Source: Gemmatimonadales bacterium
GTDB taxonomy: Bacteria > Gemmatimonadota > Gemmatimonadetes > Gemmatimonadales > GWC2-71-9
Length of the DNA: 52,269 nucleotides
Assembly: GCA_035943355.1 (NCBI GenBank)
Contig: DASZCG010000251.1
Span: 1 to 52,269, forward strand
Direction of reading: 5' to 3'
The position numbers and the translations under genes were made by a program. Of this stretch, positions 43,710 through 52,157 are shown one piece after another. Under the pieces are notes generated by a model, which did not search any database, was not told the origin of the DNA, and saw only the letters and a program-made list of their open reading frames with translations. Numbering within the stretch: position 1 is the stretch's first letter; every line of letters begins with the position of its first letter.

Positions 43710-45583
43710 AGCGCCGTGAGTTTCTCTCCTCTGTGGTGGCAGCGGCAGGGCTGGCAGGGGTGCGGGTGCCGGTCCCGGATACAACGCCGGCGGTGCTCGC
43801 CCGCCCGTTCGATCTCAATCGCGTGCGACTCCGTCCCGGACCGTTCCTCGATGCGCTCGAAGTGAATCGCCGCTTTCTCCTGGCGCAGGACGAAAACCGC
43901 CTGCTGCACATGTTCCGCCTCACGGCCGGTCTGCCGTCAACCGCCGAGCCACTCGGCGGCTGGGAGGCGCCGGTGAACGAGCTGCGCGGGCACTACCTGG
44001 GCCACTACCTCTCGGCGCTCGCCAAGATGTCGCAAAGCCTGGGCGACCCCGACCTTAAAGCACGCGGCGACAGGCTGGTCGCCGAACTGGCCACGTGCCA
44101 GCAACGGATCGGCAATGGCTACGTCAGCGCGTTTCCGGAGGAGTTCTTCGACCGGCTGCGCGACGGCAAGCCGGTGTGGGCCCCGTTTTACACGCTCCAC
44201 AAGATCATGGCCGGCCTGCTCGACATGCATACACTCACCGGCAATGCGCAGGCGCTCGATGTGCTGCAAGGCATGGCCCGCTGGACGGGACGCTGGGCGC
44301 AGCCGCTGGGCGACGAGCACATGGCGCGCGTGCTCGAGCGCGAGTACGGCGGCATGAACGAGATGCTGTACAACCTCGCGGCCGTGACCGGTCGTGACAA
44401 CTACCGCGAGCTGGCACACCGGTTTGACCATGAGCGCTTCTTCGCGCCGCTCGCGCAGGGTCGCGACGAGCTGAAAGGGCTACACGCGAATACGAACATC
44501 CCCAAAGTCGTCGGCGCCGCGCGCCGCTACGAGCTGACGGGGGACCACCGCTACCGCAGGATCGCCGAGTATTTCTGGCGCGAAGTCACGACGCAGCGCG
44601 CGTATTGCACGGGCGGCACGTCGAACGGGGAGGGCTGGGAGACCGAGCCCGGGATCCTCTCGACCGAGCTGTCAGGCTACACGCAGGAAGACTGCACCAC
44701 CTACAACATGTTGAAGCTGACCCGCCACATCTTTGGCTGGACGGCGGACCCTGCCTGCGCCGACTACTACGAGCGAGCGCTGTTCAACGGCATCCTCGGC
44801 AGCCAGCATCCGCGTGACGGCGAGAAACTGTACTACGTGAACCTCGCCGCCGGCCTGTGGAAGCTGTTCGGGACGCCGGGCCAGGATTATTGGTGCTGTA
44901 CCGGTACCATGAGCGAATCGTTCTCGCAGCTCGGCGACTCTATCTACTTCCACGACGACGCGGGGGTGTACGTGAATCTCTTCATCGCGTCAGAACTGAA
45001 CTGGAGTGAGCGCGGCATTCGCCTTGTGCAGGACACCAGGTTTCCGGAGGAAGAAGGAACCACACTCCGCATCCAGGTGGCGAAGCCGGTCCGTTGCGCA
45101 CTGCGCATCCGCGTGCCGTATTGGGCAACGGCCGGCGGCAGCGCCGCACTCAATGGCCGAACCCTGGACGGCTTCGCTGCGCCGGGCGGCTACTTCGTGC
45201 TCGATCGCACCTGGCGCAACGGCGACACGGTCGTGGTGAAGCTCCCGATGAGCCTGCACCTGCACGCGATGCCGGACGATCCGACGCTCGCGGCAGTCAT
45301 GTTTGGCCCGCTGGTGTTGGTCGGACGGTTAGGGACTGATGGACTGACGCCCGAGGTGTTGCGCGCCGAGCCGACCAAGCCGCGCACGGTGCCTGAGTAC
45401 AAACAGAAGCCGATTGCGGCACCCGAGCTGCGGACGCAGGGGTCGGAGCCCAGCGCGTGGGTCGAGCGGGTGTCGCAGCGAGCACTCGAATTTCGCACTA
45501 GGGGCCAGACGCACGACGTCACGCTCGTGCCGTTCCATACGATTTTTGATGAGCGATATGCAGTCTATTGGAAATTAGTGTGA
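43706..45583 (+). CDS. GH127 (DUF1680) beta-L-arabinofuranosidase family, Tat-exported
   Basis: The start is likely at 43706, giving MKRREFLSSVVAAAGLAG (Tat motif). Motifs GHYLGHYLSAL, YTLHKIMAGLLD, QEDCTTYNMLKL (Glu/Cys) and YWCCTGT (Cys-Cys) match the Zn/Cys-nucleophile signature of GH127. Confidence 0.85.
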   Translation: MKRREFLSSVVAAAGLAGVRVPVPDTTPAVLARPFDLNRVRLRPGPFLDALEVNRRFLLAQDENRLLHMFRLTAGLPSTAEPLGGWEAPVNELRGHYLGHYLSALAKMSQSLGDPDLKARGDRLVAELATCQQRIGNGYVSAFPEEFFDRLRDGKPVWAPFYTLHKIMAGLLDMHTLTGNAQALDVLQGMARWTGRWAQPLGDEHMARVLEREYGGMNEMLYNLAAVTGRDNYRELAHRFDHERFFAPLAQGRDELKGLHANTNIPKVVGAARRYELTGDHRYRRIAEYFWREVTTQRAYCTGGTSNGEGWETEPGILSTELSGYTQEDCTTYNMLKLTRHIFGWTADPACADYYERALFNGILGSQHPRDGEKLYYVNLAAGLWKLFGTPGQDYWCCTGTMSESFSQLGDSIYFHDDAGVYVNLFIASELNWSERGIRLVQDTRFPEEEGTTLRIQVAKPVRCALRIRVPYWATAGGSAALNGRTLDGFAAPGGYFVLDRTWRNGDTVVVKLPMSLHLHAMPDDPTLAAVMFGPLVLVGRLGTDGLTPEVLRAEPTKPRTVPEYKQKPIAAPELRTQGSEPSAWVERVSQRALEFRTRGQTHDVTLVPFHTIFDERYAVYWKLV

Positions 45584-45597
45584 GTCCAAATCCGAGA

Positions 45598-45679
45598 GTT
45601 CCCACTCTAAAGAGTGAGCCCAGTAAACCACTGCGCTTAAGCGCAGTGCCCTGATGGGCCCACTCTTCAGAGTGGGAAC
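45598..45679. repeat. 82-bp composite palindrome (REP/IS200-end-like hairpin cluster)
   Basis: GTTCCCACTCT (45598..45608) pairs perfectly with AGAGTGGGAAC (45669..45679). AGAGTGAGCCC (45611..45621) pairs 10/11 with GGGCCCACTCT (45656..45666). The centre is a perfect 20-bp palindrome, CACTGCGC-TTAA-GCGCAGTG (45629..45648). Confidence 0.9.
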
Positions 45680-45720
45680 ATCAAATACATCGCTCCACGT
45701 TGAGTTCTCGTTGATTCCCC

Positions 45721-46233
45721 GTGGCCACTATACTGTCTGTGGCCGCACATCGAATCTATTTTCACATGACGTGGTCAACGTATCGACGCATGCCGATGAT
45801 CGATCAGCTCACACGCACTTTCCTCGATGGCTTCTTCCGGCGGACCGCGATACAAGAGCGCGTGACGATAATTGCCCTGGCATTCCTTCGAACGCATGTC
45901 CATCTCCTGCTGCAATCCGGTCCCCGTATCGATGTGTCCAGGTTGGTTCAGCTGCTGAAAGGAGGAAGCAGTTACGCCGCCAGCCGTCAGCCCGATAACA
46001 AACTGGGACTCCGATGGAATAGAGAGTATTCAGTGACTAGCGTGAGCCCCAAGCTGCTGCAGGCTGCCATCGATTACATCGAGAGACAGAATAGCAGACA
46101 TCCTGGTGAGAAGATCCCCGCCGCCATCCGGAAGATCAACGAATCCAAAATTATGGCGCCCCACTCCCAACGACGTCCCGTAGCGGCGTCCGCCGTAACT
46201 CGGCGGCGAACTCCGGAACAGCCTTGGTCATGA
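45721..46233 (+). CDS. IS200/IS605-family Y1 (HUH) transposase-like protein, possibly RAYT-like
   Basis: RIYFHMTWSTYRRMPMI (N-terminal strand), LRTHVHLLL (HUH) and AIDYIERQNSRH (catalytic Tyr helix, YxxxQ). The last 83 nt overlap the 3' end of the convergent BNR gene, so the C-terminal tail is probably non-homologous read-through. Confidence 0.75.
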   Translation: MATILSVAAHRIYFHMTWSTYRRMPMIDQLTRTFLDGFFRRTAIQERVTIIALAFLRTHVHLLLQSGPRIDVSRLVQLLKGGSSYAASRQPDNKLGLRWNREYSVTSVSPKLLQAAIDYIERQNSRHPGEKIPAAIRKINESKIMAPHSQRRPVAASAVTRRRTPEQPWS

Positions 46234-49200
46234 GGTCCGCAAAGCGGGTCGTGACGTCGGCCAAGCGCTGGGTGAGCGCATCGTGCACAGCGATTTGCTG
46301 CGTGGTGGGCGCGAAGTCCGCGCCGTTCTCCGCCACGTCCGATAGCAGGGCGGCGAGGCGCCCGTAGAGCTGCATGGGGTTGCGGAATGCATCCTCGCGC
46401 GCGCCGGTCAGATTGACGTCGAACAGCGCGCCTTCGACACGCACGATGCGCCGGTCGAGCGAGTCTGCGAGACCGGCGATGCGCTTGGCTCCCGAGTCGC
46501 GCACCAGCGCGGAGTCGCGGAGTTGCGCCGCCAGATCGCGCACCTGCTTGCGCACCCATTCGAGCCGGTTGATCATGCGGGCCACGCTGTCCTGCTCCGC
46601 GCGAATCGTGCGCGCGAGCTTTCCCTGCGCCTGCACGTCGGCGTCCGTGCCCGCCGTATTGGGATCCTTGAGCACGATGACCGACTGCGTCGCCGTCACG
46701 GGAGCCGCGGTCGTGTCCTGCAAGTCCCCCACCAGCACGCGGACCGTGTAGGTCCCGGGCAAGACAAGCGGGCCGCGCAGCGAGAGGTCGAGGTCCCAGG
46801 TCACGAGCGGGCGCGTCCCATCACCGCCGGTGCGCACGAACGTCTTGCCCGGAGGCGGTGTCCGCAGCTTGGGCGTGGTCGGCGCGGAGAAGCGGAGGTC
46901 CCAGCAGACGCGGTTCAACCCCACTTTGCGCTCACCCTGCAGGACCCGCACGGTGTCGCCCTGCGCGTCGAGAATCACGAGTCGCGCCGGCTTAGGCCGG
47001 CGCGTGCTGTCGCCGGGCACGCCCAAGCCTCCGCTCGCTGGCGGGGCCGGTGTCGCCGGCGCGAAGCAGACACCCGAGGAGTTGGGTGAACCCGGGGCAC
47101 TCGACGCGACGACCGGAGCTGGCGTCGTATCCGCCAGCGCGGGGGAGATGTAATAGGTGAGCGGCACACCCGGCGCCGCGTTCTCCGCCTGGATCGCGCT
47201 GTTGGGGGCGCTCGTAACTCCCTGCTTGTCGCGCAGCCGGTAGGCAGGCGGTGGCACGAACACGTTCACCTTGCCCGACAGCGTCGCCGCGTCGAGCTGC
47301 TCGAGCGGCGATATATCATCGAGGATGTAGAAGCCGCGGCCATACGTCGCCACGACGAGATCGTGGAAATGCGGCTGCACCGTGAGCCACGCAACGGGCG
47401 CATGGGGCAGGTTGATCTGGAGCGGCAGCCAGTTGGCCCCATCGTTCAGCGTGACATAGAGGCCATTGTCCGTCCCCGCGAAGAGCAGGCCGCGCCGCAC
47501 CGGATCCTCGCGCACGACATGCACGAACGAGAGCGGCGAGCGTGGGAACGTCGCCGAGATCAGCTTCCAACTTTTCCCGTAGTCGGTGGTCTTGTAAATG
47601 TAGGGATCGAGGTCATCGAGCTCGTGGAGGTCAGCCGCGAGGTACGCGGTACCCGCGTCGAAATGCGATGGCTCGATATTCACGATCTTCGCCCAGGGAG
47701 ACAGCTTGGGGATGGAGCCGGCGACGTTCGTCCAGTGAGCGCCGCCATCGATCGACACGTGCACGAGCCCGTCGTTGGATCCCGCCCAGAGCACGCCCGC
47801 CTTTACGGGTGACTCGGCGAGCGCGAACAGCGTCGCGCCGTCGAACGTCATCAAATTATCGGTCGAAACGCCGCCCGAGCTTTGCTGGTGCGTGGTATCG
47901 TTGCGGGTGAGATCAGGGCTGATCACCTGCCAGGTGGCGCCACCGTCGTGCGACATGTGCACGACCTGACTGCCGACGTAGACCTTCGTGTGGTCGTGCG
48001 GCGAGATGGCGATGGGGAAGGTCCAATTCCAGCGGTACTTGAGATCGGCGGGCCGCCAGCCGTATGCCGCTTCTGGCCAGACGCGCACGTTGCGGGCGTG
48101 ATCGGTCCGCACGTCGTAGACCTCGAGCCCGCCGTCGTAGCATCCTGACCACACGGTCGCGTTGTCCACGGTGTCGGGGATGGCAAAGCCGCTCTCACAC
48201 CCGCCGACGTGACCCCACTGGCCCTCGCTGATCCCGCCGCCGACGCTGCGGCTCGGCATGCGGTAGGATGAGCCGTCCTGACGATTGCCGTAGAGGTTGT
48301 ACGGAACGCGCGTGTCGGTGTGGACATGGTACATCTGGGCGATCGGGAGTACGATGCGGGTCCAGCTCTTGCCGCCCGTGACGGTGAGGCTCGCACCGCC
48401 ATCGTGCGCGATCATCATCCGGTCCGGGTTCACCGGATCGATCCAGATGTCATGGTTATCGCCGCCCGCAGAGAACGGCACACGGTTGAGCGACTGACCG
48501 CCGTCACGCGACATGGTGAATCGCACCGACACGAAATAGAGCCGTTCCTCATCGTCCGGCGCGACGGCAAAGCGCACGTAGTACGGCGCGCGCTCGGCCA
48601 TGTCGTGATTGCGGGAGACGACACGCCAATTGTTACCGCGATCGTCGCTGCGATAGAGCGTCGGGTCGCGGTCTTCGATGAGCGCGTAAATGGTATTGGG
48701 GTTGGACTGAGCGACCGCCACGGCGACCTTGCCAATGACGTGCTTCGCGTCGGGGAGCCCGCGCCCCACCAGGCGCGTCCACGTGACGCCGCCGTCGTGT
48801 GAGGCCCACAGCCCGCTCCCCGGCCCACCGCTTTGCAGGTGCCAGGTCTTTACCTCGAACTGCCACATTCCGGCGAACAGGGTGTTGGGATCGCCGGGAT
48901 CGATGGCGAGATCCGAGCAGCCGGTGTTCGGGTCCACGAACAGCACGCGACTCCAGGTCTTCCCGCCGTCCGCGGTGCGGTACACCCCGCGTTGCTGTGC
49001 CGGGCCGTAGGCGCGTCCGAGCGCGCAGACGAGCACCACGTCGGGATTCGCGGGACTAATCACGATGCGGGCGATGCGTCCGGTGGAATCGAGTCCCATG
49101 TGCTGCCAGCTGCGCCCCGCGTCGGTGGAGCGGTAGACGCCGTTGCCCAGCGCCGTCATCGACCGGATGAAGAACGTCTCGCCCGTCCCTGCCCAAAGCA

Positions 49201-49522
49201 GGTTGTGCGCCGTGGGGGCGATGGCGAGCGCGCCAATCGCCTGCGCCGGCTCGCTGTCGAACACCGCGCGCCAATGCACGCCGCCATCTTCGGTTTTCCA
49301 GATCCCGCCCGACGCGGCGCCGATGTAGGCGACGAGCGGATTGCCGGGCTCGCCGACCGCGGCGATCGCGCGGTTGCCTTCGGGACCGACGAAGCGGAAG
49401 TGCAGCTTGCTCCACAGCGTCGTGTCAACCTGCTGTGCGGCCACGATCGGGGAGGTGGCCAGAAGGAGCGCGACACCGAGCTCAGACGCGCGCGGCAACC
49501 AGACGTGCTCGAAAGCGGTCAT
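46151..49522 (-). CDS. Sortilin/VPS10-like BNR (Asp-box) double beta-propeller protein with long C-terminal extension, secreted
   Basis: At least 9 Asp-box motifs: STDAGRSW, TADGGKTW, SHDGGVTW, SDDRGNNW, SRDGGQSL, AHDGGASL, SHDGGATW, SIDGGAHW, and TTDYGKSW. Signal peptide LGVALLLATSPIVAAQ. 41-nt overlap with the xylB 3' end. Confidence 0.8.
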   Translation of the reverse strand: MTAFEHVWLPRASELGVALLLATSPIVAAQQVDTTLWSKLHFRFVGPEGNRAIAAVGEPGNPLVAYIGAASGGIWKTEDGGVHWRAVFDSEPAQAIGALAIAPTAHNLLWAGTGETFFIRSMTALGNGVYRSTDAGRSWQHMGLDSTGRIARIVISPANPDVVLVCALGRAYGPAQQRGVYRTADGGKTWSRVLFVDPNTGCSDLAIDPGDPNTLFAGMWQFEVKTWHLQSGGPGSGLWASHDGGVTWTRLVGRGLPDAKHVIGKVAVAVAQSNPNTIYALIEDRDPTLYRSDDRGNNWRVVSRNHDMAERAPYYVRFAVAPDDEERLYFVSVRFTMSRDGGQSLNRVPFSAGGDNHDIWIDPVNPDRMMIAHDGGASLTVTGGKSWTRIVLPIAQMYHVHTDTRVPYNLYGNRQDGSSYRMPSRSVGGGISEGQWGHVGGCESGFAIPDTVDNATVWSGCYDGGLEVYDVRTDHARNVRVWPEAAYGWRPADLKYRWNWTFPIAISPHDHTKVYVGSQVVHMSHDGGATWQVISPDLTRNDTTHQQSSGGVSTDNLMTFDGATLFALAESPVKAGVLWAGSNDGLVHVSIDGGAHWTNVAGSIPKLSPWAKIVNIEPSHFDAGTAYLAADLHELDDLDPYIYKTTDYGKSWKLISATFPRSPLSFVHVVREDPVRRGLLFAGTDNGLYVTLNDGANWLPLQINLPHAPVAWLTVQPHFHDLVVATYGRGFYILDDISPLEQLDAATLSGKVNVFVPPPAYRLRDKQGVTSAPNSAIQAENAAPGVPLTYYISPALADTTPAPVVASSAPGSPNSSGVCFAPATPAPPASGGLGVPGDSTRRPKPARLVILDAQGDTVRVLQGERKVGLNRVCWDLRFSAPTTPKLRTPPPGKTFVRTGGDGTRPLVTWDLDLSLRGPLVLPGTYTVRVLVGDLQDTTAAPVTATQSVIVLKDPNTAGTDADVQAQGKLARTIRAEQDSVARMINRLEWVRKQVRDLAAQLRDSALVRDSGAKRIAGLADSLDRRIVRVEGALFDVNLTGAREDAFRNPMQLYGRLAALLSDVAENGADFAPTTQQIAVHDALTQRLADVTTRFADLMTKAVPEFAAELRRTPLRDVVGSGAP

Positions 49523-50954
49523 AGGTTTGGTCGTAGGTTCGTTGGTTCTTGGGGTTTGGGGGCGCGAGTGGCTGGCGCGTCAATGTGCGCTGCACGGCAG
49601 TCTGCAAGTCCGCAAATGCTCCGGCTCCGACCGCCGCAAGCAGCGCCGCCCCGTACGCGCCGCCCTCTTCCCGATTCACGGTTGTGACCGGCACACCGAA
49701 GATGTCGGCCTGGAGCTGGCGAATGAACGCGCTTTTCGCTCCGCCGCCGGTCAATAGCAGCGTGCTCGGCATCAGGCCGAGATCTTCCAGAATCATCACC
49801 GAGTCGCGCAACGCGAAGCACACGCCCTCGAGCACGGCACGCGTCATGTGAGCCCGCGAGTGCGCCAGGCTGAGTCCGACGAACGCAGCCCGCAGCGATG
49901 CATCGCGATGCGGCGTGCGCTCGCCCTGGAGATACGGCAGAAAGGTGACGCCGTCCGCACCGGGCGCCACCGTTGCCGCTTCCCTGACCAACAAGTCGTC
50001 GCGCTGATCGTCCGGGAGATCGCGCGCGCACTGATCGCGGTACCATGCGAATGCACCGCCGGCAGACAGCACGACACCGATCACATACCAGACGCCGGGC
50101 GCGACGTGGCAGAATGTGTGCGCGCGCAGCTGCGGATCGACACGCGGCTGTGCCGTCGGGGCGAGGACGGTACCCGATGTGCCCCAGCTCGCAGCCGCTT
50201 CGCCGGGCGAGATCGCGCCGACGCCCGCCGCGCCGCAGGCATTGTCGGCTCCACCACCGACGACCGGCGTGCCGGCCGCGAGCCCCGTGAGCCCCGCTGC
50301 TTGTGCCGTGACACGGCCGAGGACCTCGGACGAGCCTCCCACATCGGGAAGCAGTGACGGCGGCAGGTCGACGGCCTGCAGCATGTCGCGACTCCAACGC
50401 AGGTGTGCGGGATCGAACAGCAGCGTGCCGGATGCGTCCGACGGCTCGGTCGCGACGGCACCGGTCAGGCGCAGCCGCACGAAGTCCTTGGCGAGCAGCA
50501 CCGTGGCCAGGCGCGCGAACGCCGCCGGCTCATGGTTTCGCAGCCACAGCACCTTGGGCAACGTGAACCCTTCGAGAGCGGGGTTGCACACCCACTCGCG
50601 CAGCTGCGACTCGCCTCCGGCGCGCTTCACGATCTCGGCGCACTCGGCGGTCGTCCTGCCGTCGCACCAGAGCAGGGCTGGCCGGATGACCTCGCCGCGC
50701 CTGTCGAGAAAAACGGAAGAATGCATCTGACCGGATATGCCGATGGCGGCAACCCGCGCGCCAGGGCGTTGCGCCAGCACATCACGAATCGCCGCGCGAC
50801 TCGCCTCCCACCAGTCCTCCGGGTCCTGTTCCGCCCATCCCGGTTGCGGCGTGTGGAGCGACAGCGGAGCCGTGGCGGAGGCCGCGACGTCACCGTCCGG
50901 CTGAACGAGAATGGCTTTGACACCGCTCGTACCGACGTCCAGGCCCACGAACAA
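49482..50954 (-). CDS. xylB: Xylulokinase
   Basis: TTG start directly after the xylA stop. MFVGLDVGTSGVKAILV is the FGGY N-terminal motif. Also SGQMHSSVFLD, GGGADNACGAAGVG and LLLTGGGAKS. Confidence 0.9.
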   Translation of the reverse strand: MFVGLDVGTSGVKAILVQPDGDVAASATAPLSLHTPQPGWAEQDPEDWWEASRAAIRDVLAQRPGARVAAIGISGQMHSSVFLDRRGEVIRPALLWCDGRTTAECAEIVKRAGGESQLREWVCNPALEGFTLPKVLWLRNHEPAAFARLATVLLAKDFVRLRLTGAVATEPSDASGTLLFDPAHLRWSRDMLQAVDLPPSLLPDVGGSSEVLGRVTAQAAGLTGLAAGTPVVGGGADNACGAAGVGAISPGEAAASWGTSGTVLAPTAQPRVDPQLRAHTFCHVAPGVWYVIGVVLSAGGAFAWYRDQCARDLPDDQRDDLLVREAATVAPGADGVTFLPYLQGERTPHRDASLRAAFVGLSLAHSRAHMTRAVLEGVCFALRDSVMILEDLGLMPSTLLLTGGGAKSAFIRQLQADIFGVPVTTVNREEGGAYGAALLAAVGAGAFADLQTAVQRTLTRQPLAPPNPKNQRTYDQTYDRFRARLVAARV

Positions 50955-52109
50955 TCAGCGGACTCCCAGCAGCAGCTCCATCGTGAGCTGATCGAGCCGC
51001 TCGTAGGCGTAGCCTCGCGCCCGCAGCGCCGCCAGGTCGAAGGCTTGCGCGCGCAGTTGGTCGAATCCGACAGGGGCGTTCTGACCGTCGTCGACTTCCG
51101 CGCGCAGTTGCTGGATTTCGGGGTCCGCATTGAACCGCGCGACCTTCTCTTTCAGGATCAGATACGTGCGCATGCTGCCCGCCGCGAAGTCCCAGACTCC
51201 GGCCTCGTCCTCGGTGCGGTAGGCATGGCTATCGAAGTGCCGCATGCCGGGCCAGCGTGCATCCTCGAGCAGCTTGACGAGGAAGAACGCGCCCTTGGGG
51301 TCGTCGCTCCCGAATCGCAGGTCCTGGTCGAATCGTCCGATCTGCTGGCCGTTCAGATCGATGTGGAACAGCTTGCCGGCCTCGAGCGCCTGGGCGACCG
51401 CGTGGGAAAAGTCGAGCCCCGCCATCCGCTCGTGCGCGAATTCGGGGTTGACGCCAACCATGTCGGGATGATCGAGCGTATAGATGAAGGCCAGCATGTG
51501 GCCGGTGGTCGGCAGGAAGATGTCGCCCCGGGGCTCGTTGGGTTTCGCCTCGAGCGCCAAGCGCAAATCATACCGTTGTGACCGCACGTACTCGCACAGG
51601 TAGTTGATCGCGTCGCGATACCACGCGAGCGCGGTGCGCGGGTCCTTGGCCGCGTTGGTTTCGACGCCCTCCCTCCCTCCCCAGCAGACGTACGTCGTCG
51701 CGCCGAGCTCTACGCCGAGGTCGATCGCCGCCAGCGTCTTTTGCAGCGCATACCTGCGCACCCGCGAGTCGCGACTCGTGAACGCGCCGTCACGGAAGGC
51801 TGGGTCCGAGAAGAGATTCGTCGTGGCCATCGGCACTTTCATGCCCGTGTCGGCGAGCACCTGCTTGAACTCGCGCACGATTCGGTCGCGCTCGGCGGGA
51901 CTGGCTCCGGCGGGCACGAGATCGTTGTCGTGCAGATTGACGCCGTAGGCGCCGAGCTCGGCGAGCTTGCGGACAATCGCGACCGCGGACAGCGCCGCTC
52001 GCACCGGCTCGCCGAACGGATCGCGTCCGGGATTGCCGACGGTCCACAGCCCGAACGTGAAGTGGTGCTCCGGCCGGGGCTGATATGCGTCCTTGCCGCT
52101 TCGCATCAT
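50955..52109 (-). CDS. xylA: Xylose isomerase, class I (short, actinobacterial/Thermus type)
   Basis: [77 protein letters not shown] and FHIDLNGQ align closely with Streptomyces-type XylA. Homology begins about 10 aa after the ATGATG at 52109/52106. The 52238 start of the track ORF is therefore an over-extension. Confidence 0.9.
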   Translation of the reverse strand: MMRSGKDAYQPRPEHHFTFGLWTVGNPGRDPFGEPVRAALSAVAIVRKLAELGAYGVNLHDNDLVPAGASPAERDRIVREFKQVLADTGMKVPMATTNLFSDPAFRDGAFTSRDSRVRRYALQKTLAAIDLGVELGATTYVCWGGREGVETNAAKDPRTALAWYRDAINYLCEYVRSQRYDLRLALEAKPNEPRGDIFLPTTGHMLAFIYTLDHPDMVGVNPEFAHERMAGLDFSHAVAQALEAGKLFHIDLNGQQIGRFDQDLRFGSDDPKGAFFLVKLLEDARWPGMRHFDSHAYRTEDEAGVWDFAAGSMRTYLILKEKVARFNADPEIQQLRAEVDDGQNAPVGFDQLRAQAFDLAALRARGYAYERLDQLTMELLLGVR

Positions 52110-52116
52110 CCCGGCG

Positions 52117-52145
52117 ATACTCGGCTCGCTTTGACGCGTTGTCAA
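52117..52145 (-). promoter_or_regulatory. Candidate xylA promoter with leaderless geometry
   Basis: On the minus strand: TTGACA (52145..52140), a 17-nt spacer, GAGTAT (52122..52117), then 7 nt to the ATG at 52109. It overlaps the dyad TTTGAC-N5-GTCAAA (52130..52146). Confidence 0.35.
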
Positions 52146-52157
52146 ACGGAGGCTGGC

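Noticed and set aside
50403-51581. 392-aa plus-strand ORF opposite xylB/xylA
   Set aside because: Antisense artefact. xylA and xylB align almost residue-by-residue with known enzymes on the minus strand.
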